Assembly (NCBI GenBank): GCA_051362555.1
Contig: CM120643.1
Location: 25,858,848 to 25,922,847 of the forward strand
Direction: 5' to 3'
Source of the DNA: Lingula anatina
Lineage: Eukaryota; Animalia; Brachiopoda
DNA length: 64,000 nt
Position 1 is the stretch's first letter, and each line of letters starts with the position of its first letter. Made by a program: the position numbers and the translations under genes. The notes below the pieces were generated by a model, which saw nothing but the letters and a program-made list of their open reading frames with translations, was not told the origin of the DNA and searched no databases. Below, piece after piece: positions 37,463 through 51,400 of the stretch.

Positions 37463-40400
37463 TGGATAAACCAGCAATGAGGGGGAAAGCTTACACATTT
37501 TAACAAGATGTATTGATTGGAGTAAATTGTGCCAAACTCACGATTTATTTCGTCCATTAAGTTGTTTGTACAATCAGGAGAGCTCACTGTCACTGGTCCA
37601 TCTACAATTTATTTATAGACAGCTCTCCGGCTTTCAGATAGATGGATAGGTATTAGGGAACCTGCAGGGTAGTGGCTTCGTATTTGAAAGCGCAACATTC
37701 ACTTGGAAGATACACCTAGCTAAAAGAAATACATTATTGTGATCACACACGGGGATTCTATTTTGGGAACTTGTCCAGGTAAAACCTTAGGTAGGGGTGG
37801 GGGTGGGGGTAAGGGGGAGGGGGTTCTTAATCATAGTAACAAAATGTAAACTATCACGCGTCAGTTGGATGAGGTACACATTTTACTTTTCATTGCCTCT
37901 CCGCTGTAAGGTCAAATTCAAGCGCTCGTTATTTATAGGGCATTGCTTTTTACCTTAATCTCCCCCATAAAAATGTTAGGAGAGAAGGTACTTCAGTTTA
38001 TATTCGCACTTTAATGGAGACGCTTAATCGCATTGTTAAATACACTCACATAGCAAAGTATGTTTGATTTTGGTATTAAATTCCTCAATTCTCCGTTCAG
38101 TTCGACTCACAGCGTATTTATCTTGACACGGATTCACATTCGCAGGCGATAGAGAGAAGCTATTGCAATAGTTTCACGTAAGGGCGCAGTTTGGTACGTA
38201 GTTTTTATCCCAGTCGACCTTGTTGGCATTTAAAGTAACTACTTGTGCTCCTGGGCGTATGTTTCTGCAGCTTACTTCTAGGAGAATATTATTCTACAGC
38301 AATTAGCTTGCATACAAAGGTAATGTGTGACATTTACGCATTTTACTAAGCCTGATGGCTTAATCTGGATATTTCAGAGGTATATCTTACCTGAGATTTG
38401 CAAATCGCGAAATGTATATCCCACCAAACTTTCAAGTTCAATTATGGTTATATATCCTATTGAAAAGATGATATAATCTGAACGGAATTTCTCTCAAGAA
38501 TGTATGGTTCAAAGCGTGACTAATAACTAAACTAATAACTAAACTATATAACTATAAATCCATACTGGTAAATGTCTATAAAGAATACAGCTGGGCAGCT
38601 TTGCATTAAAATCAGAAGTTGGGTTATTTCCCCTGATCTTATTATCATCATTTTTTTATTACTGGCTCACCAAAACTTCCATTGAGTTCATCTGTAAATT
38701 CCTCACGCCCTCTTGTTGATACAATCTTTCCGTGATCCAGACTGCTCTCAACACCTAAGTATAGCACTGTCTCTATATCAACACTCAAAGAGATTGAAGC
38801 ACATCTGGAACTTTTAGATAAGGACTAGTCTCTTTACAAAGCTGGTTAACTTCAACCTTTGGTTTAATTCTGAAATTGCATTTCTTAGAGTAAACATAAT
38901 AGTTTTATCGAGACGATATTGTCATCTTTTTAAGGGATCGTAGCTTTAACATTAAAAAATCTGAATGTTTTCATTCTATTTAAATACGTGTTGCATTTCA
39001 TACAAAAAATTAAAAAAATATAAATGAAATTTGAAGACTAATACATAGAAAAATGAGTTAGTGGGATATGTTTGATAGAGATATTTGGATTCCATAAATT
39101 AGACACAAAAAATCAACGATCACCGAAAATTAGTCCAAACTTAAGGTGTAAAATACCAAACGACCAAGCTCCAAACAGGTTTCAATGCCTTAAAGTCGTT
39201 TATGAATGTTAACTATGTGGAGTGCTCCGGGCTAGGGGGAAGGGGGGAGGGGAGAATGGAGGGGGGGGGTAAGGCAGTATATCACTAGATCATTTATTTG
39301 TGAGTCTGGCGGATAAAGGGATAAAGACCTCTCTTGAACCCACCGGAGATAGTTTGTGATGTTGTGGACCGTTCTGACCTTTTAAGACCTCATTTGACAG
39401 TTATAGCTGAAACATGTAAACTGGAAACAGGCCAGACAGGAGAAATATAGAGAGAGTGAGTGAGTGTGAGAGAGCTAGGTGATATGTAGACTATATACCT
39501 GGAGAGTAGCTTTGAAGGACTTCGTATTATCTGTAATTGCAGCTCTGAACTGCGGGCTATGTGTTCGACTGTTCGTCAGGCTATATATGGCAGGTGGGTC
39601 TATGGTTTGTGGAACAGCAAGGCCATTGGTGATATACATTTCATTACCTTAACTTAAAAGAACTGAAGAATTTCCATGTGATGTGAGTTCCATAAAGACG
39701 TACTTTTCCACGCATCAAACAAAAAAATGCACGTGCACAAACGGGCACGCGAACGACCTTGACAGTAGTAGCATGCAATAAATGCCATAAACGAATCATA
39801 AATAAGTGAGTCATTGATAAAGATGCATTCATTAAAATGCAAATAGAAACATCGAAATTGTACCCCAAATAACTTAATGTCATGCTTTTTTGTTGTATTG
39901 TTTTTAAACTAAGAAATCGTAGGGGAAACTACATGCCAATCAAAGCAATATTTAAGTCATCGCACCTGTTCGTGCTGCAAATACTGAACAAGATACATTC
40001 AGTATCATCAGAAGAATAGTATTTTGCAAAGCGCCGTAGCATCATTTTAAATTTAGATCTCATGCACTGTATTGACTGGAAGGGTGAGAGGAGTGCAGTG
40101 AGAAATAATGCACATGAAAATGTTCATCTGTTGTTTCAAAACAAAAAACACAAAAATACAAAAAAAGCAGTAGCAGTAATAATGGCCCAAGCAAGGTCGA
40201 CACGTTCTAGGAAATGCCTCTATTTCTGCCATGACGGATCGACCTTCTGGTAATGCAGGATTAACATGAAAAATGACCCGATAAATTAACCGAAGTAATA
40301 CCTGTGTTCACGGAGGCCCGTCAGGGGTGTAATCTTCACAGGAAAAGGACATCTTTCAGGTGATCAGTATAAGAAATTAGTCATAAACCACACCGACAAT

Positions 40401-42429
40401 GGGCAGCAAATGCCATTTTTGGTGGGCAGCAAAAACCATTATTTTTTGGTTTTGGTTAAAAAATTAAATAAGGAAAATTTCTGTATTATTTTCAAATAAA
40501 TTGTAAACCCCCATTGAACTCCCCAAGCCGACATGCCAGACAGACAGCACGGAGCGCCCCCAAGCGGATCGCCTACCTAGATTCTCCCTGTTGCCTGGGA
40601 AAAACTGAGCACCTCGTGTCCAATTTTAGTGCTACAGGAGCCGCGAGACCGAGACGTGCATAGTTGTAGTGTTGCTCATTTAGGAATCAACAAATTTCCG
40701 AGAGCACAAACTTGCCTCGGGGGAAGGTAGCTGGAGAGAACGGGAAGTAAGGTATCGAGTTTAGGACATATTCATAGGGCAGAAACTGCGTGTTCTTGTT
40801 GAAGATAACATGCATGTTATAATCTTATAGTTTACGCCATAGCGCAGTGGGGAAATATACTTTCAAGTCAACGTAAAGCAGTGTTCATGTAATTTGCAAT
40901 TTAAAAAATCTTCATATATATTTTGGTTAAATTAGCTTCTAGTAAGCTTAAGCCTATAAAAGCCAAAGCAATATCAACTGAAAAGCAAGTTAAATGTTTG
41001 CAGTCAGATATTCTTATCCCACAAATTGTTTTTGAGTAAGATTTTTAAGCGAAAAACAATTTAATATGAGTGTTACATCATATTGTATGAATAATCTAGA
41101 ATAATGAAGGTAAATGGAATTTGTGTCAATAGTTACAGGTTTTGCGAAAAAATATACGCAAGCAACAACAATATACATTTTCAGATAGATACACCGATAG
41201 ACGAAGGGATAGATAGATAGATACATTGTAGATAGCTAGGTAGACAGATGAACGTTAGGTACATTAACGTTCCTACAATGCAGTAGTCAGATATTTCTGT
41301 TAAGACTACATAATGGATGCCTGTAACTGTAAGATCATTTTTAAACCACATGATTTTTTTGAGTCAGCACTGGGGAATTTCTGAAGGCGTAATAGTTTTG
41401 GTGGGGAAAGGTGACGGTTCTGATATCTGTCTTTCCTTGTACTACCTGAATGCACACTACTATAGGCGAATAAGTGTGTAACGTTAGATCTTGGATTTAT
41501 CTTTTCATCCTGAGAGTATGAATCGGTTTATATAGAAGATCCATGGGACGCTATATATTATATATTCCACACCGGGCGGTCATCAAAGCCGATAGTAAAA
41601 TGGATACTGCACCTGTGCAGCCTTTAAATATAAAAGGTTTTATAGAAATAAGACGCCGTGTGCATCGCAGGGAAGGTGTTTTCAATTATTTCAAAATAGA
41701 TTTGACCGATGGATAAAAGGTAACTTTTGTTTACTGATGACAGGCTGCTAAGAGTGTTCAGTATTTTTGGACGCTATAGAAATACCAAGCGTTTAAAAAC
41801 AAGTTAGGTCGGGTTTTGCTTACACTATCATACAGTCATTTAAAAATTTGCTTTAACTTTGTGCTATCCCGGGTTTCGTTAAGTACTAACAATTATATGA
41901 AACGCTACCATAGAATGTGTGCTTTTATCTTAGGAATTCATAGTGATTCATGTTTTGATTATATCTTTATTGATGAGAATCAGTAGCCTTGCATACTAAC
42001 TGTGTTTTTAGAAAAATCATATAAATGTAGGCTATTGTTAAGCTTTTAACTGTACAAACTGTTTTTACATTTCAGGTGATACTAATATCTTATTTTACTT
42101 ACAGATGATGCGAATACGTTATTTGCTTTATGCCCCTAAATTAATTGCTATCTAAATGGTCATCTCTTTTGCTTTTTAACAAGATCTACCCAAGTAATAA
42201 AAAAGTGCAAAACTCTTCGCACAGCTACTTTCTTCTCATAACAAAACGTTCATGACGGCAAAGTACCCGTATGCAGTCAACCCCTTTAGATCACGCCACG
42301 TGCAATTCAAACGATACGCCACACTGTATCTCTCTTCTTTTGCATAGGGTCCGCTCGTTGTGTTCCAAGGGCTGAAAATAGTGAGCTTCTTTCGTTCTTC
42401 GTGGTTTCGCGGACGGACACTCCCCCACG

Positions 42430-45400
42430 ATGGTGTACTTTTCCCACTACACGCCAGATGATTACTCCCGTAAGTGCACTCTAAAATATGGTCCAAAATT
42501 ACGCCGAATCTTTATTTATTATAAGAAAAGCATTGGATTGGCAAACAGCTGAGTATGTTAATGCTCGTGCTGTTACACAATTATAAATCTACTCCAAAAT
42601 TTGCGTTTTCTGCCTAAAGCTTTTCATTAAAATAAGTGAAAGTTGTCAATTCTGCAGAAAACAGAAAAATAAATGAATGCGTTTGAGAAGGTACGCAGGC
42701 TGCTATTGTAAGCTAAGAAGTGTATGCGTTGCTAATTTCGTTACCGCATATAATGGCGGATATACAAAATAACAGATACATGAATACTGATGCTTTATTC
42801 ATTGCAAATTTTGTTGCTTTCTGTTGGTCACTTTAAGCACAATTGTTGCTTTAATAACGAGAAAACAATTTTTTGCATTGCTTTATTGTTATCGTTGAAT
42901 AAATCACAGTTGAATTGACACAAATGACACTGCACATTGACGGTAAGTCCCTAGGAAGCTGCAAATATATGTAGATACCGTGCACACATTCCTATATGTT
43001 GTTAGGTCCCTTCAAAGCATGTTAGGCCCACATGAGGTTGAACTCACTGATAAATATATCTTTTTCACTTTTTATCCAATCAACTTCTAGAACGTTTTAG
43101 CCAAATAGGTTTCTTCTTATTTTCACCATTCATTGTTGACCTCCAACGATGTGAAGTAAATACCACTCTTGTCTGTCACTTTCTTCATCATTAAGCCCCC
43201 AAATTGTATATCTCTTCACCTTCCACTGCCTTCCCCAAAGCAAGGAAAACACCCAAAACCCGTGGTTGCGCCAACAACAGCTACGACCCATTTCCTTTTT
43301 TCGTCTCTCGTTATACATGGATTTCCTGTCAATAGGTTTTCTGTCAAGCCTTCAACTTTAGCTTTCAAATAATCTATAAATACACAAATACACAGATTTA
43401 TTCATTACCAACATGTAACAAACTACGAAGAACACCGACGATGTGATTGGAATTTAACTTTATTTTCCCTTTCCACCTCCTCTTTAGACTCCCGAATGGA
43501 TTCTTATCCTTGCCACTTGTCCACATATATTTTTATCTCATTGTCTGCTCATATAATTAGAATTATATTTTTGCATGCGCTGATTCAAAGGTTTATCACT
43601 AACATATACCTTATGAAGATGCTTAATATTCATGTAGTATGTTCCATACCTAAAATATATTCACTGTGATAACCTTCAGGCTTTGTACAGTATGGCTCAC
43701 ATTTAATGCCACTACCATTGTTCTAACGTGTTAATTGTTGCACATCAATATAATAACACCCATATGTAACGCTGTGCTCTAATCGGTTTTGTTGTAATAC
43801 TATACTCTTATGGGTATCAGCTGGGTATTTGGTTGTTATTCTATTGCCATTGGTACTCTGCAGCATGTGAATAATTATAGATTTCTTTGCCTTTGCCTCA
43901 CATATTCTTTGTTAAACTATGGTAGACTTTCAGTCAATGCTGACGTTCGACACGATTTTCAACGTATTTTCCTGTGAAACGACATTTGCACTCTGGGTCC
44001 AAGTTCAATACACTTAATTATTTTAACTGCACAGACCAAAGCTATAGTATTGGGTGCTAATTATTGGTATTCTTTTACGGCTGTATCATTTTAGTTTACA
44101 AACATATTATAGGACATGGAAGATTTACAGTGTCACTAATATTTTCGGATTTTTTATACACAAAGAGCCCAATTTACAGTAGGTTGCGCCAAATTTGCTC
44201 AATATCAGTCATCATTCATTTACCAAATTCTCAAAGCGATACATTTTTTCTAACAAACCTAGACAAACACCGATTAAGTGGACGCAGTTTGTCAAAGTGG
44301 CATAACTTTCATCAACGTTGGATAGCGCTATCCTATATATAACACTGTCCACTGTTAATGACACGTTGGTATCTCTGGATAAGCTCTCCAGAGGATTACT
44401 CTCTACCAGACGGAACTTAAACGAATTTTGAAACAGCAAGAAGGACCTCTAGTTGAATGTAAATGTGGCAGAGGATAACAGTCTTTTAAACCACTGGATA
44501 GCACTATCCAACGATAATGAATCTGGGCCCAGTACATAGCCAGTCCTTGGTTAAGTGCCAGTGATTTATGTTTTCCCTTTCCCAGGCGTGGAGTCTGACT
44601 TCTTAGCACATAGTGCCAACAGGGCCGTTTTCCTTGCTGAAGACGCACTGGGAGAACAGGACGACGTGGTGAACCGCTCAAAAATCAAGGACGACCGTCT
44701 GCTGCGGGACATAAACCACAGAATGGTAAGAAATGGTCGATAAAGAGATATAACGACAATCGAATATATTTAAAAGAGATAATAAGACATAACTTTGGTG
44801 GGTGGAGAATGGCGGTTTTCTAGATTTTGAGAGCAATTTTATCATGATGCATCAAATGTCGTCGACTTGAAATAAACGTAATTTATGTTTATGATGTTGT
44901 TGCGTCTAAATTCACAACGTTTTATTGTTGTATATATGTCAAGTATATTTGGAAAAAGAGGACTATTTGGTGTATGGTAAACACGTTTTCAAATATTTAG
45001 TATTTCGTCTTTATGTCAATGCCGACTCAGCTATTAATACTAACTTCTTGTGCAGCACCTATCTTATCGGTAAACGGCTTAATATTTAACTTCAAATTTC
45101 AGGTAAACAGATGAAAAAATAATTTCCAATAGCACTTTTCTGCTTGTCATTGTTATTGCACATTTATTTTAATGCTTGACTGTTTTGTAGGTGCTCTGCT
45201 TCTCAACATTGCAATTAAAACTATAATTTCTTAATTATAAAAGATGAAATACACGTGATCGCTTAATTAATTCTTGCCAGAAGATTATAATGTTTACCTT
45301 GACGCTAGTTTTTGTGTAACTCAGCGTTGGTTGGATCTTGAGAGTGTGAAACCGTCCTCAGAGGTTCGCTCAAAACGAGGTTTCCGTAAGAAAATCTACA

Positions 45401-48400
45401 GTCACAACCACCCAACCTCAGACGACTACATCGACTTCCTCTTCCAACCACTTAAAGCCAAACGCAGAGAAATGCGCCGCCGTGTTGAGAACTGGGAAGA
45501 CCCCAAAGAAACAGTGAAGCAGCGAATCCTGACAAAGAGCTACCGTTACGAACAGGAGGAGAAACGGAGGGCGAGGAGCCTCCCCAGAACGGCCCTTGAT
45601 GTAGGTACCAAGGTGGCAGAAGAAGGAGATGTTGTTGCTGCCAAGTCAATAAAGTCGATCACAGATTATCCCAAGACAGTGTTGGGGCGTTTATATGAAA
45701 CCTTGATGAGCACCTATGAAAACCTGCACAACCCATTAAACAGAGACGTAGACGACATCCTTTACGGCTCCTACCCGCGTTCCCTTTCTCAACCAGCCAC
45801 AGAGCCTCGCCGCCTCAACCTCCCGCCCTCTACCGATGACGATGACGATATAGTGTCCCATCGTCGCGTGGGCGTCACTACATCTGGCGCCATGTACGAG
45901 AAGCCTAAGCGCCTTGACACCACCGTGGATGAGCGCTACTGGAACTGGGGCTCCTACGTTCAACAGCCTCGAAAGAACGTCGTTTTCATCTCTGGCACTC
46001 CCATCACATCTCAGACAGACATATCGGACAAGCTGGTGGATGAATTGGTGGAGAAAAGTGTGTACGTGGATCCCGATGAAGTGTACGAGACCCCCATCGC
46101 ACAGCGTATCAATATCAAGGTAACAATCTCAAGAGGACCACATCCTGTTTCCCTCACCGACCAATCTCTACTACCATGTCATCGTCCATCTAGGAGATAA
46201 CATTTAATATCTTTATGCCCAATTTAATTTTACTTTTCTTTTACTAAGATATAATGGTTTCATTCAATTTTGTATTTGAATTTTACAGATTTTGTATGTT
46301 ATGAATTTAAGTAAAATGACAGTTTTGCTTTCCTTTAGAACTATAAATTAACTTGAGAACCTTCCCCATCAAAAGGAAAAGTGCAACTTGAAGGAGCTCT
46401 CAGAGTCAGTCTACGCGTGCAAAACTGTACTCTTCATGGGAACAAACCATGTGTTACGTGGCAATCAGCTGGGCGAAGGAAATCTTGGGAATGAAGCATT
46501 GCCTGGGGAGACGTCGCAAGCCACAAACGCATTCCGTTAGTGAGTGGTCGTTCCGTGAGTGCGTATTGGTTTTGCTCATACAAGCACTGCATGGGTCGCG
46601 ACTATGTGTCCAGGAAAAACTAGCGCTATAGGCGAATCATCTTTTCTGCGCCTCGTCTGTGTATGTAGATCTTTTTCATTTGGCGTGCAATGGTTCAGTC
46701 CTGTGTGCATCCTTTGAATACCAGTGACACATCTACATAAAGCATGTCCATACAACCATTCAGTATCTGAACACGTTTTAGGATGCATATGCATGATGAA
46801 AATACCCCTCATCAAGTAGGTTGCAGCGGCCAATCCCCAGCAGTGTTGTGGGTTACAGTTGGTATATGAAGGCAGTTCATGGCAGACGGGCAAGAAGTGG
46901 TGCAGTGATGTATGTGATTTCTACTGAGTTCAGTTTTCACACTAACAACAGCTGAGTTTGCTTTCAGGATGTGTCATATATTATGTTAGTTTACCCTTAT
47001 TTTCAATCCATCCCTTTCCGCTATCTAAATCCAGAACCTATCTATCACACATGCATTCTATGTCTTCGTTTATTGGTTTTTGTTTCATTTTCAGCGTAGA
47101 TTTCCAGAACCGGCCTATCTTTTCTCTATAGCGTAGTTATAGTACTAGTAAACCCACTATCTAAACTGTGCTCTGTTTGCGTTTCTCTCCTGCTAGGCTG
47201 CCGCCTCCCCCAAGGTACAATTCTCTTCTCACAGCTATCGCTCCAGGAGTGTTGGACGCGCCCCCAGCGTTCCCCCCATGGGAGTCAGCTACAGGGCCTC
47301 CAGTGTGGCTAGAAGGGTGCGGCAAGATTATTTTCCTTTTCGCCAGAGTTGCCAACAGAGAACTTTTTGAAAATCTCGCAATCCATTGTGCTATTTATGA
47401 TAAAAGAGCGTTGACGACAACCTATTGTCAAAAATTTGCTTCAGTACCCAGTGTTGGCAACTCTGATATTTCCTGCGTTGTGTGATGCACTAGCTCCAAT
47501 AGTTTTATGACAAGTTTAAAAAGCCTGGAGAGTCGTAACAAAATTTACAATTTACAGAAACTTGAACTTTTTATGTTAACACATTTGTAATGGTGATAGT
47601 AGAATGCGTCTAATTTAAGTCTTTTGTTTGACCAAAAGGGTATTTTATAGAAAACATTGTTAATATATTAAGAATTCGATATATACAAAACATGCGCATC
47701 CTTAAGATGAGGAAGCGTTTCTCAAGTGGAGCTAGTGGGTATTTGATGACCTTTAGTGCCTAAAGACAATTGGAATTCAGGTCCTGTTTCACAAAAAGTC
47801 TTTAAGTTATGGGGCTCAGCATAGACTGCTAAATTTGAATATCAGGAATCGTAAAGTCGACTTGGTGATATTGGCAAGCATGATGTTGACATGCCTGAAT
47901 AAACCAAAGTTGTCACAGTGAATAAAAATCATTGTCAAGAGCATCTGGTTTTTTTAATGGGCACAATTTTAAGGGGCGAAAATACGAGCTAAATACGGAA
48001 TTTAGGCGACTGTCAACTATACAGGTAGCAGTCTATACTAAGGCCGATTTTGACTTTAGTCGTTTTGTGACAGGCACCAAGAGTAAGCAATAATGGGTGG
48101 ATAAGGTGTACTTAAAACAAAACGAAAAGTACAAATCGAAAACAATCAATTCAAAAGAGCAAATGCATTTTATCCATTTATTTTTTGCTGTGCGTGTACC
48201 TTTAGCAACAGTGGTGTAATTCTTTATTCCCAGCAAATAGTAGCCACTGCATATTTGTGAGAATTTCTTGTTATAAGTGAAACACTGTTATCATTTTTGT
48301 TACTTCGGGCTTTGAGAAAGTCATCAATGTATAGCTCATTCCCAATGAAACTGTCGGTTTACGTAGATCGATCCAAGGCGGTTAATAAGATAATCTAATT

Positions 48401-51400
48401 GCATTCAGCGAAAGTCTCCTTGCAATTGGATCGCTCTACGTAGCACGACGCTTTCACTGAGAAAGAGCCCTAAGATTGTCCAACATTTGCTGTTGGAACA
48501 CTCTGTAGTCTTTTCTTGTTTCCCCAAACTCTTGTTTGTGCGTGCTGTTCTATCACCTCACCCTTACCCCCTCATTTTACAGCGCGCCAAGTCCGTGGAG
48601 CCCATCCCAATCAGCGTGGACTACTCTTTAAGAGCACACAGGAGACCCATGCAGGACTCTTTGATCACAGACCGATTGTACTTGGACAGAGCCTATGCCG
48701 CCGCTTCTGGCATTGCAGACAGCACCAGGGGCTTGGATTGGGACGTATGGCAATCCTACTTTTTGCCTTATTGTCAGTCATTTAAAGGCAACTATTGCCG
48801 GGGCACCAATGGGGGCTGTAGTGATGATATTATCGGTTATTTAGATGAAGATAATTCACTCGAACGGGGACAGCGCGTTCTTCTTATCCCAACGTAGTGT
48901 CCTTGTCTTCTTAAGCTATAAAAATGTTGACACATTTTAGATGTTTTGACTAATTTAATAACATTGTACCTCTTGTTCCCTTAATCTCTTGGTCTATCAA
49001 GGAGAATTTCTTCTGTCACCTTCTCTTGTTTTTCGGAATGTCGTCTGTTAACGTGTCTATGATAATCACAGCGACCTATTTTCAATAAACCTAAAGATCA
49101 TTGGAATGTGCCTTGCAATTTCCTCCAATCAAACTTGTGTGAACCATAGCCTACCCTTACCTTTTGTTTCATATCCTTGCACCCACAGACCGGAAGGCAC
49201 TCCATCCTGTCCCCGTCGTTCACACCTTACGGCGTCTCGTCCTACTACTCGAGCGTCTCCCGCTCTCGCCGTGCGTCCTCCGTGCCTCCTCTGCCGGTGT
49301 ATAGTAGCTTGTACAGCAGGTCCGTGCGCAGAGGTGGAGGAGAGGACAAGGAGCAAGAGTACGTGTACCCAGGGAGCCACTACCCGAGCTTCAGGAGCCT
49401 TGTTGGGCACGTCTCACCCTACCGGTCGTACTCATCATACGGACTTGGGCAAAGCGGGGATCGGTTTAGCTACTCGTACGGGAGGAGCCACCCGGTCCCG
49501 TCAGGCACGACCAGAATTAAGGTGGATCTGAGTGGTAGAGGAGGCGAACCTGATGTCAGGTTTTATCAGGTGAGAAATTTTTTGTGCCACGACAACTTTT
49601 TGTTCTGTATTACCCACTATTTCTCTTTCTGAGACAGTACACGAAATCACCTATTTCGGAAAAGAAGAGCCGCGCAAAATGGTAAGTTTTAGATAACAGT
49701 ATTAAAGACAATTCTGACTCACGTGTTTGATTTGTGATTTCTCTTTGAATTATAATACTAGTGCTTATCTTAACAAGAGGCATTAACTGACGTTGACGGA
49801 TAGTTATTTCTTATCCAATAAACTTTTGCGTTTTGTATTTTGCACTCATCTGCGTTTTTGATCTCACACTTACTTGCTTTTAACCTCAATAGTATAGCCA
49901 ATGCGTTCATGCATGTATATGTTGTCAGTGACCATCTTCTTTTCTTTGTCTCCAAGATTCTTCTCTGAGACAAGTTTCTGACATAAACATCTATAACATT
50001 GCGCATTGTTGCCATCACTAGTCGCGTGAATTTTTGCCAGCGTTAGCTTTTTGTAGCGTTAGTTTTTTTTGTAGCGTGTGAAATCTTCCACTTTTGGAGG
50101 ACTTCTGGCGGCCACGTGATGGTCACGTGGGCACACACTGCGTATTCACGGACTCTGAGAGCTCGCTCATCTTGTAGTAACATTTCATGCCGTGTGCAAA
50201 GTTTGCATTTTCACTCATTTATTTCTTTCGTTCTGCTTTACATTTATTACTAATTATGTTTAGGCTGCTTTGAAGTTAGGTGAATATAATCCAAAACCGA
50301 CTAAGTTCCAACGACGAAAGGGACAATTCCAAAACTGGAAAAGGTAAAGGCGTGAATGTGAAACTTTCAGATTTGCTTAAATTTGTAATGACTAGATTAA
50401 TTTTTGAAACTGATCAGTTTCACGTATATAAATAAATTATGTTAAAGAATGAGTGGGAACATGCACATCAAACTTTTGTTATGGTGCTTTGTTTTTATTG
50501 TTATATTTTTAAAGAAATATGTCTTGTTACAAGGGCTGTTTTTTTCAATATAGCACAGTAAGTTTGCTGATTCATGACGTACGTGCTGTTGATAACACAA
50601 TTTACTGTTATTTTATAATACAAGAGCACTTCAATTATGCATTCATTATCATCACGTTCTTTCATTCAGCTTTAATGCTTGGCAAATAGGACATTATTTT
50701 ATTCATGCTCCGACTGCAAGTTTACGCTTGACCTTAAGTTAATTAAGATACTGATATTCAACTACCGGATTGCAATTTGCCTAGGCTAACTGTCAAATGA
50801 AGTGGTGCCTGGGCACAATTTGAATAGTATCATACAGGGCACCTCGCTGTTTGACTGTCAGTGTGAGATTGTTCAAAACTGGAGGCTTATGTACTGTTTT
50901 TTGGATACATGAGATTAGAAATATTATACTTCAGACCATATTGCTTCTTCATTATTTGTCGAACCTTGATTTATAAATAATTACCTTAAATAAACTCTAA
51001 ATGCAATTCGAAATTAAGTCAATAATGAAAATAAAAGAAATTAATGATATAAACAAATAAAATAAAACACATGCTTTTTCACTTTTCAGGGGTTAAAAGA
51101 TTTAAATGTACCAGAGACCATTCCTAGCGAACACATAACGTTATTATAACGCTACTATAACGTTAAATAACATAAAAACATTATGGTAACGTTAGGGAAC
51201 GTCATAAAACTCTTTGTTTGCTGGGTCTTTTGTTTTATTAGTGTCGAAAGCAATTTTTGTAAACCTTTTTTGTTATTCATCTATTAAATTCAAAATTTAC
51301 TATTTGGACCTTGGCTTAATCCACATAACAGAATGACAAACTATCCCAGTGAAACCTCAGCTAGGGGAAGTAACCTTCATAAGTATGTTTTATACTTATG

